64,000 nt of DNA from Candidatus Scalinduaceae bacterium. Lineage in GTDB: Bacteria > Planctomycetota > Brocadiia > Brocadiales > Scalinduaceae. The notes beneath the pieces were generated by a model. It saw only the letters and a list, made by a program, of their open reading frames with translations. It was not told the DNA's origin and did not search any database. Both the position numbers and the translations under genes were made by a program. Shown here piece by piece: positions 1 to 8,684 of the stretch. Positions within the stretch are counted from its first letter, which is position 1. Every line of letters starts with the position of its first letter. Location of the stretch: NCBI GenBank assembly GCA_046759445.1, contig JBHICG010000007.1, positions 29,027 to 93,026 on the forward strand, given 5' to 3'.

Positions 1-6
1 AAAGCC

Positions 7-426
7 ATGGCCGGTGCGGGTGGAGACTTGATAGTAGCGCTTGAAGCTGCTAGGAACATAAACCTGGATGATGTGGTAATATCAACCCAGATCATAGACC
101 TATTGGATATAGAAAAAATGGTGGACAAATTGGGAGTAGTAGTAAAAAAGAAAAAAGCATTGAAAGAGAAAGAGAAGGTGGAATTGAGAAAGAAATCGGA
201 GAGAGAGGATTTTTTCAAGTTACCAAGAAAAATGCCAAAAGATTTGAAGATTCCTAAAGAACTAGAAAAGGAATTTAAAAAAGCTAAACCAGAAATGCCT
301 GATGAGTTAGAAAAGAAGATCGAAGAGGAGTGGGAAGCCCTTACTGAAGAAGTACCTGAAGAAATGGAAAAAAAAATGGAAGAAGAATGGAAAGGGAATA
401 TCAAAGAATATCCTGTCACTCAGTAG
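7..426 (+). CDS. Hypothetical protein, Lys/Glu-rich tail with repeated P-x-E-(L/M)-EK-(K/E) units; possibly the 3' end of a gene starting before the window
   Basis: ORF track; lies at window edge; no family recognised. Confidence 0.5.
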   Translation: MAGAGGDLIVALEAARNINLDDVVISTQIIDLLDIEKMVDKLGVVVKKKKALKEKEKVELRKKSEREDFFKLPRKMPKDLKIPKELEKEFKKAKPEMPDELEKKIEEEWEALTEEVPEEMEKKMEEEWKGNIKEYPVTQ

Positions 427-487
427 CGGAAGGCTTTAGCCTTCCATTATCATATAGCAATCATGGAAACCTGAAGGTTTCCGCTAC
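423..487. repeat. GTAG-tagged REP doublet (REPIN-like)
   Basis: GTAGCGGAAGGCTTTAGCCTTCC ... GGAAACCTGAAGGTTTCCGCTAC; the GTAG tag supplies the TAG stop of the upstream ORF. Confidence 0.7.
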
Positions 488-509
488 TTCTTGATAAATG
501 AGATTGCGT

Positions 510-920
510 TCAGTAAAAGCTCTTAAACGCAATCTCATACCTGGCAATATCAACGGGGTGTACGCCAGTAATTATTTCTTCAGAAGGTTTTCTACCTTCA
601 CACTTAAACAGTCTGACTCCAAAATTTACGATACTATAAACTTCCTAGACTTATTCATATTCTACCCTTTACCAAAGAAGAACCAAGAGACTTAAACACT
701 ACGTTTTTTGAAAAGAACCATTTCCTTAATATCTACAGTTTCTATAGTATCAGGAACGTTTTCTGTAGGTATTTCTGCTTTTTCAGTTGATGCTTCCTGA
801 GAGAAAATTACCTCTTTTTTCACTCTATATTTTTTCTATTTTTCCTACTTTTGGTATTTCTTCTACTTTCTCCAATTTGGCTTCTTGATTTTCTTCAAAT
901 TCTTTCACTTTAGTTAGAAC
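510..920 (-). pseudogene. Decayed paralog of the FxLYD-domain gene at 15874-17325
   Basis: Minus strand ends EEIITGVHPVDIARYEIAFKSFY* versus EEIITGVRPFDIARYEIAFKESY*; upstream frameshifted NVVFKSLGSS-like segment matches NVEFKPFGSS; 5' limit approximate. Confidence 0.8.
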
Positions 921-1097
921 TATCATGAACGTTTCTTATAAGAAGTAAATTAAAAAATGTTTTGAAATTTTACAGATTTTTGTTTTAATACTCGTTTTAG
1001 TTTAAATAGTAAAAGCTGTAATCAATGTTTTCTTGTTCTCATTGCTGAAAAGAGGGATATGATGTTGGTTTTTTATGCTTTTAAAGGAGGTTAGGAT

Positions 1098-1601
1098 ATG
1101 AGTTTTTTAATAACTACCATAGCAATGTTTATATTTTGGATACTTCTTTCCGGGGAGTTTACTTTTATCCTTATAACTTCAGGGGTCATAGCAAGTCTTA
1201 TTGTTGCGTACCTTTCACATGATATTTTTATAGGGAAGGCTGATTTAAAAACTGAAACCGGAAGGGTGTTCAAGTTTATTAAGTATGTACCCTGGCTGCT
1301 GTGGGAAATTATCCTGGCAAATGTTGAAATTGCATATCTTGTCCTTAACCCAAAGCCGCTGGTAGATCCGCAGCTTGTCCGTTTTAAACCCGATCTAAAA
1401 ACAGACCTTGGGATTGTAACCCTTGCCCACTCGATAACACTTACACCCGGTACGGTAACAGTTGAGGCAAACAAGGAAGAATTTGTCATCCATGCAATCT
1501 GGCAGAAATCAGCCGAAGGTATCATAAGCGGAGAAATGCAACGAAAGGTAAAGGAGATAGAGGGAGAGGTAAAGGAGTTAGAGGGGGGAGAAAGTGTTTG
1601 A
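1098..1601 (+). CDS. mrpE: Na+/H+ antiporter subunit E
   Basis: FWILLSG, ANVEIA, LAHSITLTPGT motifs; AAGGAGG RBS. Confidence 0.95.
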   Translation: MSFLITTIAMFIFWILLSGEFTFILITSGVIASLIVAYLSHDIFIGKADLKTETGRVFKFIKYVPWLLWEIILANVEIAYLVLNPKPLVDPQLVRFKPDLKTDLGIVTLAHSITLTPGTVTVEANKEEFVIHAIWQKSAEGIISGEMQRKVKEIEGEVKELEGGESV

Positions 1602-1848
1602 TATTGCATTAGTTGCAGTAACATTGGCAATTATGTTAACGCTCTATAGGGCGATAAAAGGACCAACGGTATATGACAGGGTCCTTGCAGCAAATGCGAT
1701 AGGTACTAAGGCTGTAGTCATTTTAGCGCTTATTGGATTCGCATATGGCCGTCCTCATTTTCTTGATTTAGCTGTGGTTTATACATTAATAAACTTTATT
1801 GCAACAATAGCTTTTCTTAAATATAGAGAAATGGAGAGATTGGATTAG
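1594..1848 (+). CDS. mrpF: Na+/H+ antiporter subunit F
   Basis: RAIKGPTVYDRVLA motif; three TM segments; overlaps mrpE. Confidence 0.93.
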   Translation: MFDIALVAVTLAIMLTLYRAIKGPTVYDRVLAANAIGTKAVVILALIGFAYGRPHFLDLAVVYTLINFIATIAFLKYREMERLD

Positions 1849-1949
1849 GAAATTTAGGAATTTAAGAATTGAGGGATTAAGGAATTATTCAATACCATAA
1901 TCCATCGAAAAAGAATTCCTAAATTCTTAAATTCCTAAATTCCTAAATT
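1847..1949. repeat. Inverted pair of octamer tandem arrays
   Basis: AGGAATTT-like units at 1847-1887 face AATTCCTA-like units at 1914-1949. Confidence 0.85.
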
Positions 1950-1967
1950 AGTCATAATTATTTAATC

Positions 1968-2279
1968 ATGGATATTAGAACAATAATTGCCGGAGTTTTC
2001 TTAGGTATAGGATGTTTCTTTGTTATCGTGACCGCCATCGGTATTGTAAGGTTTCCTGACTTTTTCTCCAGGTTACATCCTGCAGGAAAAACTGACACCG
2101 TCGGACAGGCGCTTATCTTTATAGGCCTGATGATATATGAGGGATTCTCTCTGATAAGTGTTAAGCTCCTAATCATAATAGTATTTATCTTTATTGCAAG
2201 CCCAACAGCAACACATGCTGTCGCACAGGCTGCATTTTTAAAAGGGGTTATACCCTGGAAAAGAAAGGAGAAGAAGTGA
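1968..2279 (+). CDS. mrpG: Na+/H+ antiporter subunit G
   Basis: GIVRFPDFFSRLH and SPTATHAVAQAA motifs. Confidence 0.95.
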   Translation: MDIRTIIAGVFLGIGCFFVIVTAIGIVRFPDFFSRLHPAGKTDTVGQALIFIGLMIYEGFSLISVKLLIIIVFIFIASPTATHAVAQAAFLKGVIPWKRKEKK

Positions 2280-2293
2280 TGGTGTATTGGGGT

Positions 2294-2444
2294 GGAGCAT
2301 TCCCAATTTGTTGTAAATAAGTGTATATGTGGATTCGGCCTCTGGCCTTAATCCACCCTACATCGTACCATACATCGTTATATGTAGGGTGGATTAAGCG
2401 AAGCGAATCCACCTTTATTATCTACAACAAATTGGGAATGCTCC
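2294..2444. mobile_element. MITE-like element, 22-bp perfect terminal inverted repeats enclosing two back-to-back GTAG REPs
   Basis: GGAGCATTCCCAATTTGTTGTA (2294-2315) / TACAACAAATTGGGAATGCTCC (2423-2444); internal ...AATCCACCCTAC and GTAGGGTGGATTAAGCGAAGCGAATCCACC. Confidence 0.75.
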
Positions 2445-2510
2445 CGTATCGGAGTGGTCCAAAGCCAATGGCTGAAAATATTTCTATGACATATCCATGG
2501 TATTACAAAA

Positions 2511-3059
2511 ATGATTGATATTTTACTGCTTCTCATTTTATTAGTCTGCGCTTTTTTTGCAGTTTTTATGAAAGACCTGCTGAGTGCGATTATTATACTT
2601 GGTGTGTACAGCTTTATAATGGCGACAATATTCACTTGGTTGAATGCGGTTGATGTTGCCTTTACTGAGGCATCTGTTGGAGCAGGGATTACGTCTGTAT
2701 TAATGATCGCAGCATTGAGCAGGACAAAAAGGTATGAGTATCATTATACAAAATCTCAAAGAAGAAATCCTTCAGCCTTGTTTTTGAAGATAATGTCTCT
2801 CTTTCTTGTAATAGTTACAGGTGCAGTCCTGGTGTATGGGGCGATTGACATGCCCACGTTTGGAGACCCTGACTCACCTGCAAGTAAACATGTGTCGCCA
2901 AGATATATAGAGGAATCCCACCATGAGACCGGAGTCAAAAACTTTGTTACCGCTGTGCTTGCAAGTTACAGGGGATACGATACACTCGGAGAAACTACGG
3001 TAATTTTTACCGCCGGTATATGTGTTATATTGCTACTGAGACGGAGGGGAAAAGATTAG
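2511..3059 (+). CDS. Mrp subunit, DUF4040 / MrpA C-terminal part (MnhB N-terminal-like)
   Basis: AVDVAFTEASVG and NFVTAVLASYRGYDTLGE motifs. Confidence 0.9.
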   Translation: MIDILLLLILLVCAFFAVFMKDLLSAIIILGVYSFIMATIFTWLNAVDVAFTEASVGAGITSVLMIAALSRTKRYEYHYTKSQRRNPSALFLKIMSLFLVIVTGAVLVYGAIDMPTFGDPDSPASKHVSPRYIEESHHETGVKNFVTAVLASYRGYDTLGETTVIFTAGICVILLLRRRGKD

Positions 3060-3062
3060 ATG

Positions 3063-3870
3063 ATTATGTCGGGTAAGAAACCCAAACTACTTGTAAAAAT
3101 GGAATATTGTAGGGCGCATTTCTTATGCGCCATATATTGATTACTGAAAATTCAGAGTAATTCTCTGACTGCCGGCAGACCAGCCTATCGGTTGGACAGG
3201 TAGGCAAAGGATGTCTTTGTAGGGGTTCAAGATTTTGAATCCGTACAACAAAATTTTGGATAGGCGCTGCAATTGAAGTGCATCGGCGCCTTGGGCCAGG
3301 GTTGTTAGGAATTTCAATCATAGTTTCCCCCCACTTCTTGCTTTCGCATCGTGCCGATACGGTGCAAGAAAGCAGTGGGGGGATTAAGACCTGCCCTGGT
3401 GCGATCCGCCCTTCGGTTTGGGCCAGGGGGTGTGTAGATATTCCGTCCCTTCCTTAAGAAGGGCATACACACCCCTGGCCCCTCTTTTTAGAGGGGAGTT
3501 TGAAAGTCGCTCGCCGAAGCGAGCCTAACTTGAGAATTAGTTTTTGGTAATCTGCTATTTCACAAAGGTAAAAGGTGCGATATCTTAAGGAATATTACTT
3601 AACAGGACAGGCGTAGGGTGGATTAAGGCTGTCAGGCCGAATCCACCAAAAACGTCTGTGTGGTATTATTGTCTATGAGTTAATATAGGAGGGTTTATCA
3701 ACGAGGAGGCTGTTATTTCTTTACGGTTGTGACATTTAAGAGATTTAAGGATAAGGGCGGATTCGCTTTGTCACCCTGAACTTGTTTCAGGGTCTCTTAA
3801 CATATTGATACATATAGATTCTGACCCCCATAGCTTCCTTGCGTAAGCTAGGAATGGGGGCAGAATGACA
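3063..3870. repeat. About 800-bp mosaic of nested palindromic repeats plus a GxxExxY gene fragment
   Basis: GTAG REPs (3109, 3218, 3613), TGTCA-tagged pair (3769-3870), CCCCTCTTTTTAGAGGGG, CCCCCAC...GTGGGGG; 3260-3308 translates IGAAIEVHRRLGPGLL. Confidence 0.8.
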
Positions 3871-3914
3871 CTTTTGGATATTTGGGTTTTCCGCAACAGA
3901 TACTAAGTAGAAGC

Positions 3915-4340
3915 ATGAAAGAACATATTATAATACGAACTGTTTCAAAATTTTTTACCCCTTTTATCAAATTGTATGCATTTTACGTTATTGCTCATGG
4001 TGACCTCGGTCCTGGCGGTGGTTTTCAAGGGGGTGTAATTTTGGGCGCAAGCATGATCTTATATGTAATTACATTTGGCATGGATGAAGGCCGAAAGAGG
4101 GTATCGCAGAAAATTGGCGATATCTTTATGTCAACAGGTGTTTTGTTATATGCGGGGATTGGGTTGTTTTGTATATTAGCAGGAGGGGCATATCTGGAAT
4201 ATGCAGAACTTCCTCTAGGTTCGCATCATCTTGCAAGCCATTTAGGTATCTACGGCATTGAAATAGGCGTAGGGATTACAGTTGCTTTTGTGATGATAAC
4301 AATATTCTTTGAAACGGCAAGGAAAGAAAGGGAGCAGTAG
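3915..4340 (+). CDS. mrpB: Na+/H+ antiporter subunit B (MnhB domain)
   Basis: HGDLGPGGGFQGG motif; ATG at 3915 preferred over the upstream TTG. Confidence 0.93.
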   Translation: MKEHIIIRTVSKFFTPFIKLYAFYVIAHGDLGPGGGFQGGVILGASMILYVITFGMDEGRKRVSQKIGDIFMSTGVLLYAGIGLFCILAGGAYLEYAELPLGSHHLASHLGIYGIEIGVGITVAFVMITIFFETARKEREQ

Positions 4341-4376
4341 TGCCCCTGTAATATTTTTTTCATTTTTTGGCAAAAA

Positions 4377-4428
4377 AAATTAAGAATTCAGGAATTGGGG
4401 AATTCAGGAATTCCTTAATTCCTCAATA
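4377..4428. repeat. Octamer tandem array with a short inverted arm
   Basis: AAGAATTC AGGAATTG GGGAATTC AGGAATTC followed by CTTAATTCCTCAAT. Confidence 0.75.
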
Positions 4429-4460
4429 TTATAATTCTGACTCGTTCGGGTTAGACAATC

Positions 4461-4850
4461 ATGACTGATGTAATTTATTTTATTCAGACAAAATATTACT
4501 ATTTAGTAGTTATATTCCTCATGATGATTGGACTTTATACAACGATATCTTCGAGGAATCTTATAAAAAAGGTTATAGGTATAAATATCTTTCAGATCTC
4601 AGTCTTTCTATTTTATATTGCAATGGCTAAGGTTAAACACGGAACGGCTCCTATATTGTGGGAGAAGGCCCATGTTTACGATAATCCTCTCCCTCATGTG
4701 CTTATCCTTACCGCTATAGTTGTTTCTGTAAGCACAACTGCGGTTGCTCTTGCCCTTATAATAAATATTCATAAAGAATATGGAACGATTGAAGAAGACA
4801 GGATCATAGCAAAGCAAAAACTAGATATCGATAGGGGCAACATAACATAG
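4461..4850 (+). CDS. mrpC: Na+/H+ antiporter subunit C
   Basis: NLIKKVIG and NPLPHVLILTAIVV motifs. Confidence 0.95.
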   Translation: MTDVIYFIQTKYYYLVVIFLMMIGLYTTISSRNLIKKVIGINIFQISVFLFYIAMAKVKHGTAPILWEKAHVYDNPLPHVLILTAIVVSVSTTAVALALIINIHKEYGTIEEDRIIAKQKLDIDRGNIT

Positions 4851-4851
4851 C

Positions 4852-6375
4852 ATGAAATTCATTCAAGAGTTACCAGTCCTCATAATTGTCATTCCTCTTA
4901 TCTTTGCGCTTATAATCCCTCTGGTAGGTAGATTAAACAGACTTCTCCCATGGGTTATTGCGTCAACCATAACATTCTTTTGCTTTCTAACCTCCATTTC
5001 CCTTCTTATTACTGTCCTGGATACAGGGAAGATAAGTTACTGGTTAGGCGGTTGGGAACCACCCTGGGGGATAGAGTATGCGATTGATTACCTGAATGCA
5101 TTTGTGCTGGCAGTTGTTTCATTTATTGCCTTTATTGTTTCTCTTTATTCAAGGAGGAGCGTAGAGTTAGAGATTAATGAAGACAAACAATCAGCGTTTT
5201 ACTGCATATATATGCTTTTTATTACAGGGCTCATGGGGATAGTCATAACAGGTGATATCTTCAATATATATGTATTTTTAGAGATTTCCTCTCTTGCAGG
5301 ATATGCCCTGATTGCCATTGGAAAGAAAAGGGAGGCCCTTGTAGCAAGCTATAATTATCTTATATTAGGTACCATTGCCGCCACATTTATACTAATCGGT
5401 ATCGGTTACATTTATATGGCAACAGGTACTCTAAATATTGGCGATCTACAAGAAAGATTACCGGCATTATTTCATTCAAAGATGGTATTAGTTGCCCTCG
5501 CATTTTTCACGGTAGGCCTTAGTCTGAAACTTGCCTTATTCCCATTACATACCTGGCTTCCTGGCGCCTATACACATGCCCCCTCAGTTGTGAGTTGCAT
5601 AATGGCCGCAACAGCGACAAAGGTTGGCGTCTATGCAATGTTAAGGATCATATTTGGTGTTTTTAAAATAGAGTTTGATATACATTTTATCCCTATTGCA
5701 AATATATTAATCGTTATTTCTTCGATGGCCATAATTGCGGGTTCTGCGCTTGCCATTGCACAGACAAATCTTAAAAGGATGCTTGCGTATTCAAGCGTTG
5801 GACAGATAGGGTATATCGTCCTAGGCGCAGTCCTTGCCAACCAGTTAGCAATGACCGGAAGTATTATCCATATACTGAATCATGCGTTGATGAAAGGGGC
5901 ATTGTTTATGGTTGTAGGCTGTATTGTTTACAAGACAGGTATAGAAGATATTTCAGGGTTGAATGGAATGGGTAAAAAGATGCCGTTCACAATGGCTGTA
6001 TTTACTATTGCAGGGCTGTCTATGATGGGAGTTCCCCTTACAGTCGGCTTTGTCAGTAAATGGTATATTGCTATCGGCGCGCTGAATGCCGGCATGTGGT
6101 ACCTTATTCCCGTAATAATTACAGGTTCTCTGCTTTCGGCAGTATATGTCTGGAGAATTATCGTAAATATATACTTTCCTGAAGAATTACCGGAACACGA
6201 ATTACAATATACAGACGGTGGGGCCGAAATTGACTACAAGTCACAGTATTCAGAAGCGCCCTGGAGTATGCTGGCACCTACAATAGCACTTGCCGTGCTT
6301 TGTATATATTTTGGAATTACCGCCACAACCCCTCTGTCTATAGCTGAGAAGGCGGCTGTTATGTTGTTGCAATAA
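4852..6375 (+). CDS. mrpD: Na+/H+ antiporter subunit D family (copy 1)
   Basis: DIFNIYVFLEI, KLALFPLHTWLP, KRMLAYSS, NHALMKG motifs. Confidence 0.93.
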   Translation: MKFIQELPVLIIVIPLIFALIIPLVGRLNRLLPWVIASTITFFCFLTSISLLITVLDTGKISYWLGGWEPPWGIEYAIDYLNAFVLAVVSFIAFIVSLYSRRSVELEINEDKQSAFYCIYMLFITGLMGIVITGDIFNIYVFLEISSLAGYALIAIGKKREALVASYNYLILGTIAATFILIGIGYIYMATGTLNIGDLQERLPALFHSKMVLVALAFFTVGLSLKLALFPLHTWLPGAYTHAPSVVSCIMAATATKVGVYAMLRIIFGVFKIEFDIHFIPIANILIVISSMAIIAGSALAIAQTNLKRMLAYSSVGQIGYIVLGAVLANQLAMTGSIIHILNHALMKGALFMVVGCIVYKTGIEDISGLNGMGKKMPFTMAVFTIAGLSMMGVPLTVGFVSKWYIAIGALNAGMWYLIPVIITGSLLSAVYVWRIIVNIYFPEELPEHELQYTDGGAEIDYKSQYSEAPWSMLAPTIALAVLCIYFGITATTPLSIAEKAAVMLLQ

Positions 6376-6380
6376 TACAT

Positions 6381-6829
6381 ATTTAGGAATTGAGGGATTC
6401 CTGATTCGAACGGGTCGGAACAAGAATATTTTAGATTCCCGTCCGAACGGCATGGCCGGGCGGGTACGAATTACGATTTGGAATTCTCAATCCCCCTTAG
6501 TCCCCCTTTTCTAAAGGGGGAGATAGGTGGATTTAAATCATAATTTTTTGCTAAAATTGGTCAGGATTAAAGGATTGGGGAATTGGGAAATTGATTGACG
6601 ATTAAATATTGAAGATTTAGAGATTCAGGAGGGACATTACAGCCTTGTCATCCTGAACTCGTTTCAGGATCTTCGATTTCGGAATCTCTTGGGTTCTAAA
6701 GCCAGAGATCCTGAAATAAGCACACTGTGGTTGTACACCAGGATTCAGGATGACAGAGGGGAGATTGGGGAATTTAGGGTATTAAATATCAAAATTCCTA
6801 AATTCTTAAATCCCTTAATTCCTCAATTA
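6381..6829. repeat. Octamer arrays with embedded palindromes
   Basis: AGGAATTG/AATTCCTA arrays; CCCGTCCGAACGGCATGGCCGGGCGGG at 6437; CCCCCTTTTCTAAAGGGGG; TGTCATCCTGAACTCGTTTCAGGATCT (6646) and its inverted partner ending 6755. Confidence 0.8.
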
Positions 6830-6857
6830 TTATAATATTTTAAAAGGAAATTTAATA

Positions 6858-8342
6858 TTGGAAACAGTTTATTCATCTATACCTTTTTACGCATTAATTG
6901 TACCGCTCTGTGCCGTTGTTCTTATAGGTATATTCTACAATAAACCAAACCTGCGGGAAACGTGGACGATTTTGGCCTCTTTTGCTAAATTTGGTTTGAT
7001 CGTCTCTATGCTTCCAACGATAATTGATGGGAAGGTCATAGAATGTTCTATAGTAACAGTCCTTCCGGGGCTTGATATTAGTTTCAGGATCGATGCCCTG
7101 GGAATATTCTTTGCCCTCACTGCATCCTTTCTCTGGATTCTTACGTCATTCTATTCTATCGGTTATGTGCGAACCCTGAATGAACATGCGCAAACAAGAT
7201 ATTTTATCTGTTTTGCAGTCGCAATATCCGCAACTATAGGTGTTGCGTTTTCTGCAAACATGTTCACAACCTATCTTTTTTACGAAATGATCACCTTAAG
7301 CACATACCCCCTCGTCGCACATAAGGAGACACCGGAGGCGCGTTCAGGCGCAAAAGTTTATTTTGTTTTTCTCTTCGGCACCTCTGTAGCATTTCTCCTG
7401 AGCGCCATCTTTCTGACATATTATGCAACAGGTACACTTGATTTTTCGAATAGGGGTATATTCAGTGATGCAAGGGGGAAGGGGTTAAGTGATATATTTC
7501 TGATCGTTACCTTTGGCCTCTTTATAGCAGGGACTTCAAAAGCGGCAATGATGCCTTTTCATGCATGGCTTCCTCGTGCCATGGTCGCTCCTACACCTGT
7601 GAGCGCTTTTTTACATGCAGTGGCAGTTGTTAAGTCGGGCATCTTTGTCGTTGTAAAGATAGTTCTTCATTTATTCGGGATTAACCTCTTGGCTGAATTG
7701 AGACTTGGTATAGTCCTTGCATACTGTGCATCCATTACCATGATAGTTTCATCTATAATCGCCCTCAGGCAGGATAACCTGAAGGCAAGGCTTGCATATT
7801 CAACGGTTGCCCAGCTTTCATATGTAATATTCGGCGCTGCCCTACTTACGCCTTCAGGTATAACCGGAAGCATTATGCATATTGTAATTCATGCATTTGG
7901 AAAGATAACGCTCTTTTTCTGTGCCGGGGCTATATATGCCGCGTCTCATAAGACCAAAGTAAGCGAACTTGATGGGATTGGAAGGAAGATGCCTTTCACC
8001 ATGACTGCCTTTGCCCTGGCCTCACTCTCAATTATTGGAGTTCCTCCTCTGGGTGGTTTTATAAGCAAGTGGTATCTGGCCAAGGGTGTAATAGAAGCAG
8101 GGGAAATTCCGATAATTGCCGTCCTCGTAATAAGCACAATACTTAATGCCTGTTACTTTCTCCCTATTGTGTATAAGGCATTTTTTAAAGAATTGCCATC
8201 GGGCGAAACGGCGGAAAGAAACGAGGCCCCCGCCATTATGGTGGTGCCATTGGTGCTTACGACCGTTGGAACAGTGCTTTTATTCTTTGTACCATCAATA
8301 TTTCTTGATCTTGCCAAGATGGTTGTGGCAGGTTTAAATTAA
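6858..8342 (+). CDS. mrpD: Na+/H+ antiporter subunit D family (copy 2)
   Basis: PFHAWLPRAMVAPTPVSAFLHA and LKARLAYST motifs; TTG start. Confidence 0.92.
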   Translation: METVYSSIPFYALIVPLCAVVLIGIFYNKPNLRETWTILASFAKFGLIVSMLPTIIDGKVIECSIVTVLPGLDISFRIDALGIFFALTASFLWILTSFYSIGYVRTLNEHAQTRYFICFAVAISATIGVAFSANMFTTYLFYEMITLSTYPLVAHKETPEARSGAKVYFVFLFGTSVAFLLSAIFLTYYATGTLDFSNRGIFSDARGKGLSDIFLIVTFGLFIAGTSKAAMMPFHAWLPRAMVAPTPVSAFLHAVAVVKSGIFVVVKIVLHLFGINLLAELRLGIVLAYCASITMIVSSIIALRQDNLKARLAYSTVAQLSYVIFGAALLTPSGITGSIMHIVIHAFGKITLFFCAGAIYAASHKTKVSELDGIGRKMPFTMTAFALASLSIIGVPPLGGFISKWYLAKGVIEAGEIPIIAVLVISTILNACYFLPIVYKAFFKELPSGETAERNEAPAIMVVPLVLTTVGTVLLFFVPSIFLDLAKMVVAGLN

Positions 8343-8438
8343 ATATTCAGGCTCAATCAACGGAGCTAAGCTCAGCTTTGAATGATTGAACAAGCAAGCA
8401 TTTTACTTTTTGTTTAGCAATTGGAGGAAGATTTTGAT

Positions 8439-8684
8439 ATGAAAAAAGAATTCAATTTTTTCGATAAACCCGGGAACATAAAGAAATTGAATATTTTTTT
8501 CTACGTAACCCTCGGTATTCTTGTTGTGTTAGATTTCTTTATTGAGAAACATCCACATGTTGGATGGGAAAAGATACCATCTTCTTATGCCCTTTACGGC
8601 TTTCTTTCCTGTGCCGTGATTATTGCCATATCGAAAACACTTGGTAAACTCTGGCTTCAAAAAGGAGAAGATTACTATGACTAG
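8439..8684 (+). CDS. Small two-TM membrane protein of the Mrp cluster
   Basis: GGAGG RBS before ATG 8439; YALYGFLSC and EDYYD C-terminus; overlaps next gene. Confidence 0.8.
   Translation: MKKEFNFFDKPGNIKKLNIFFYVTLGILVVLDFFIEKHPHVGWEKIPSSYALYGFLSCAVIIAISKTLGKLWLQKGEDYYD

Noticed and set aside
2321..3321. Short ORFs 2321-2518, 2378-2635 and 3064-3321
   Set aside because: Read-through of repeat DNA or antisense to mrp genes; no family motifs
1847..6829. Intergenic repeats as a CRISPR-like array
   Set aside because: Units are contiguous 8-9-mers or isolated palindromes with no unique, regularly sized spacers
8351..8392. TCAATCA...GAGCTAAGCTC...TGATTGA, faintly like an IS200/605 end or omega-RNA 5' stem
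   Set aside because: Too short and degenerate; no tnpB/iscB nearby
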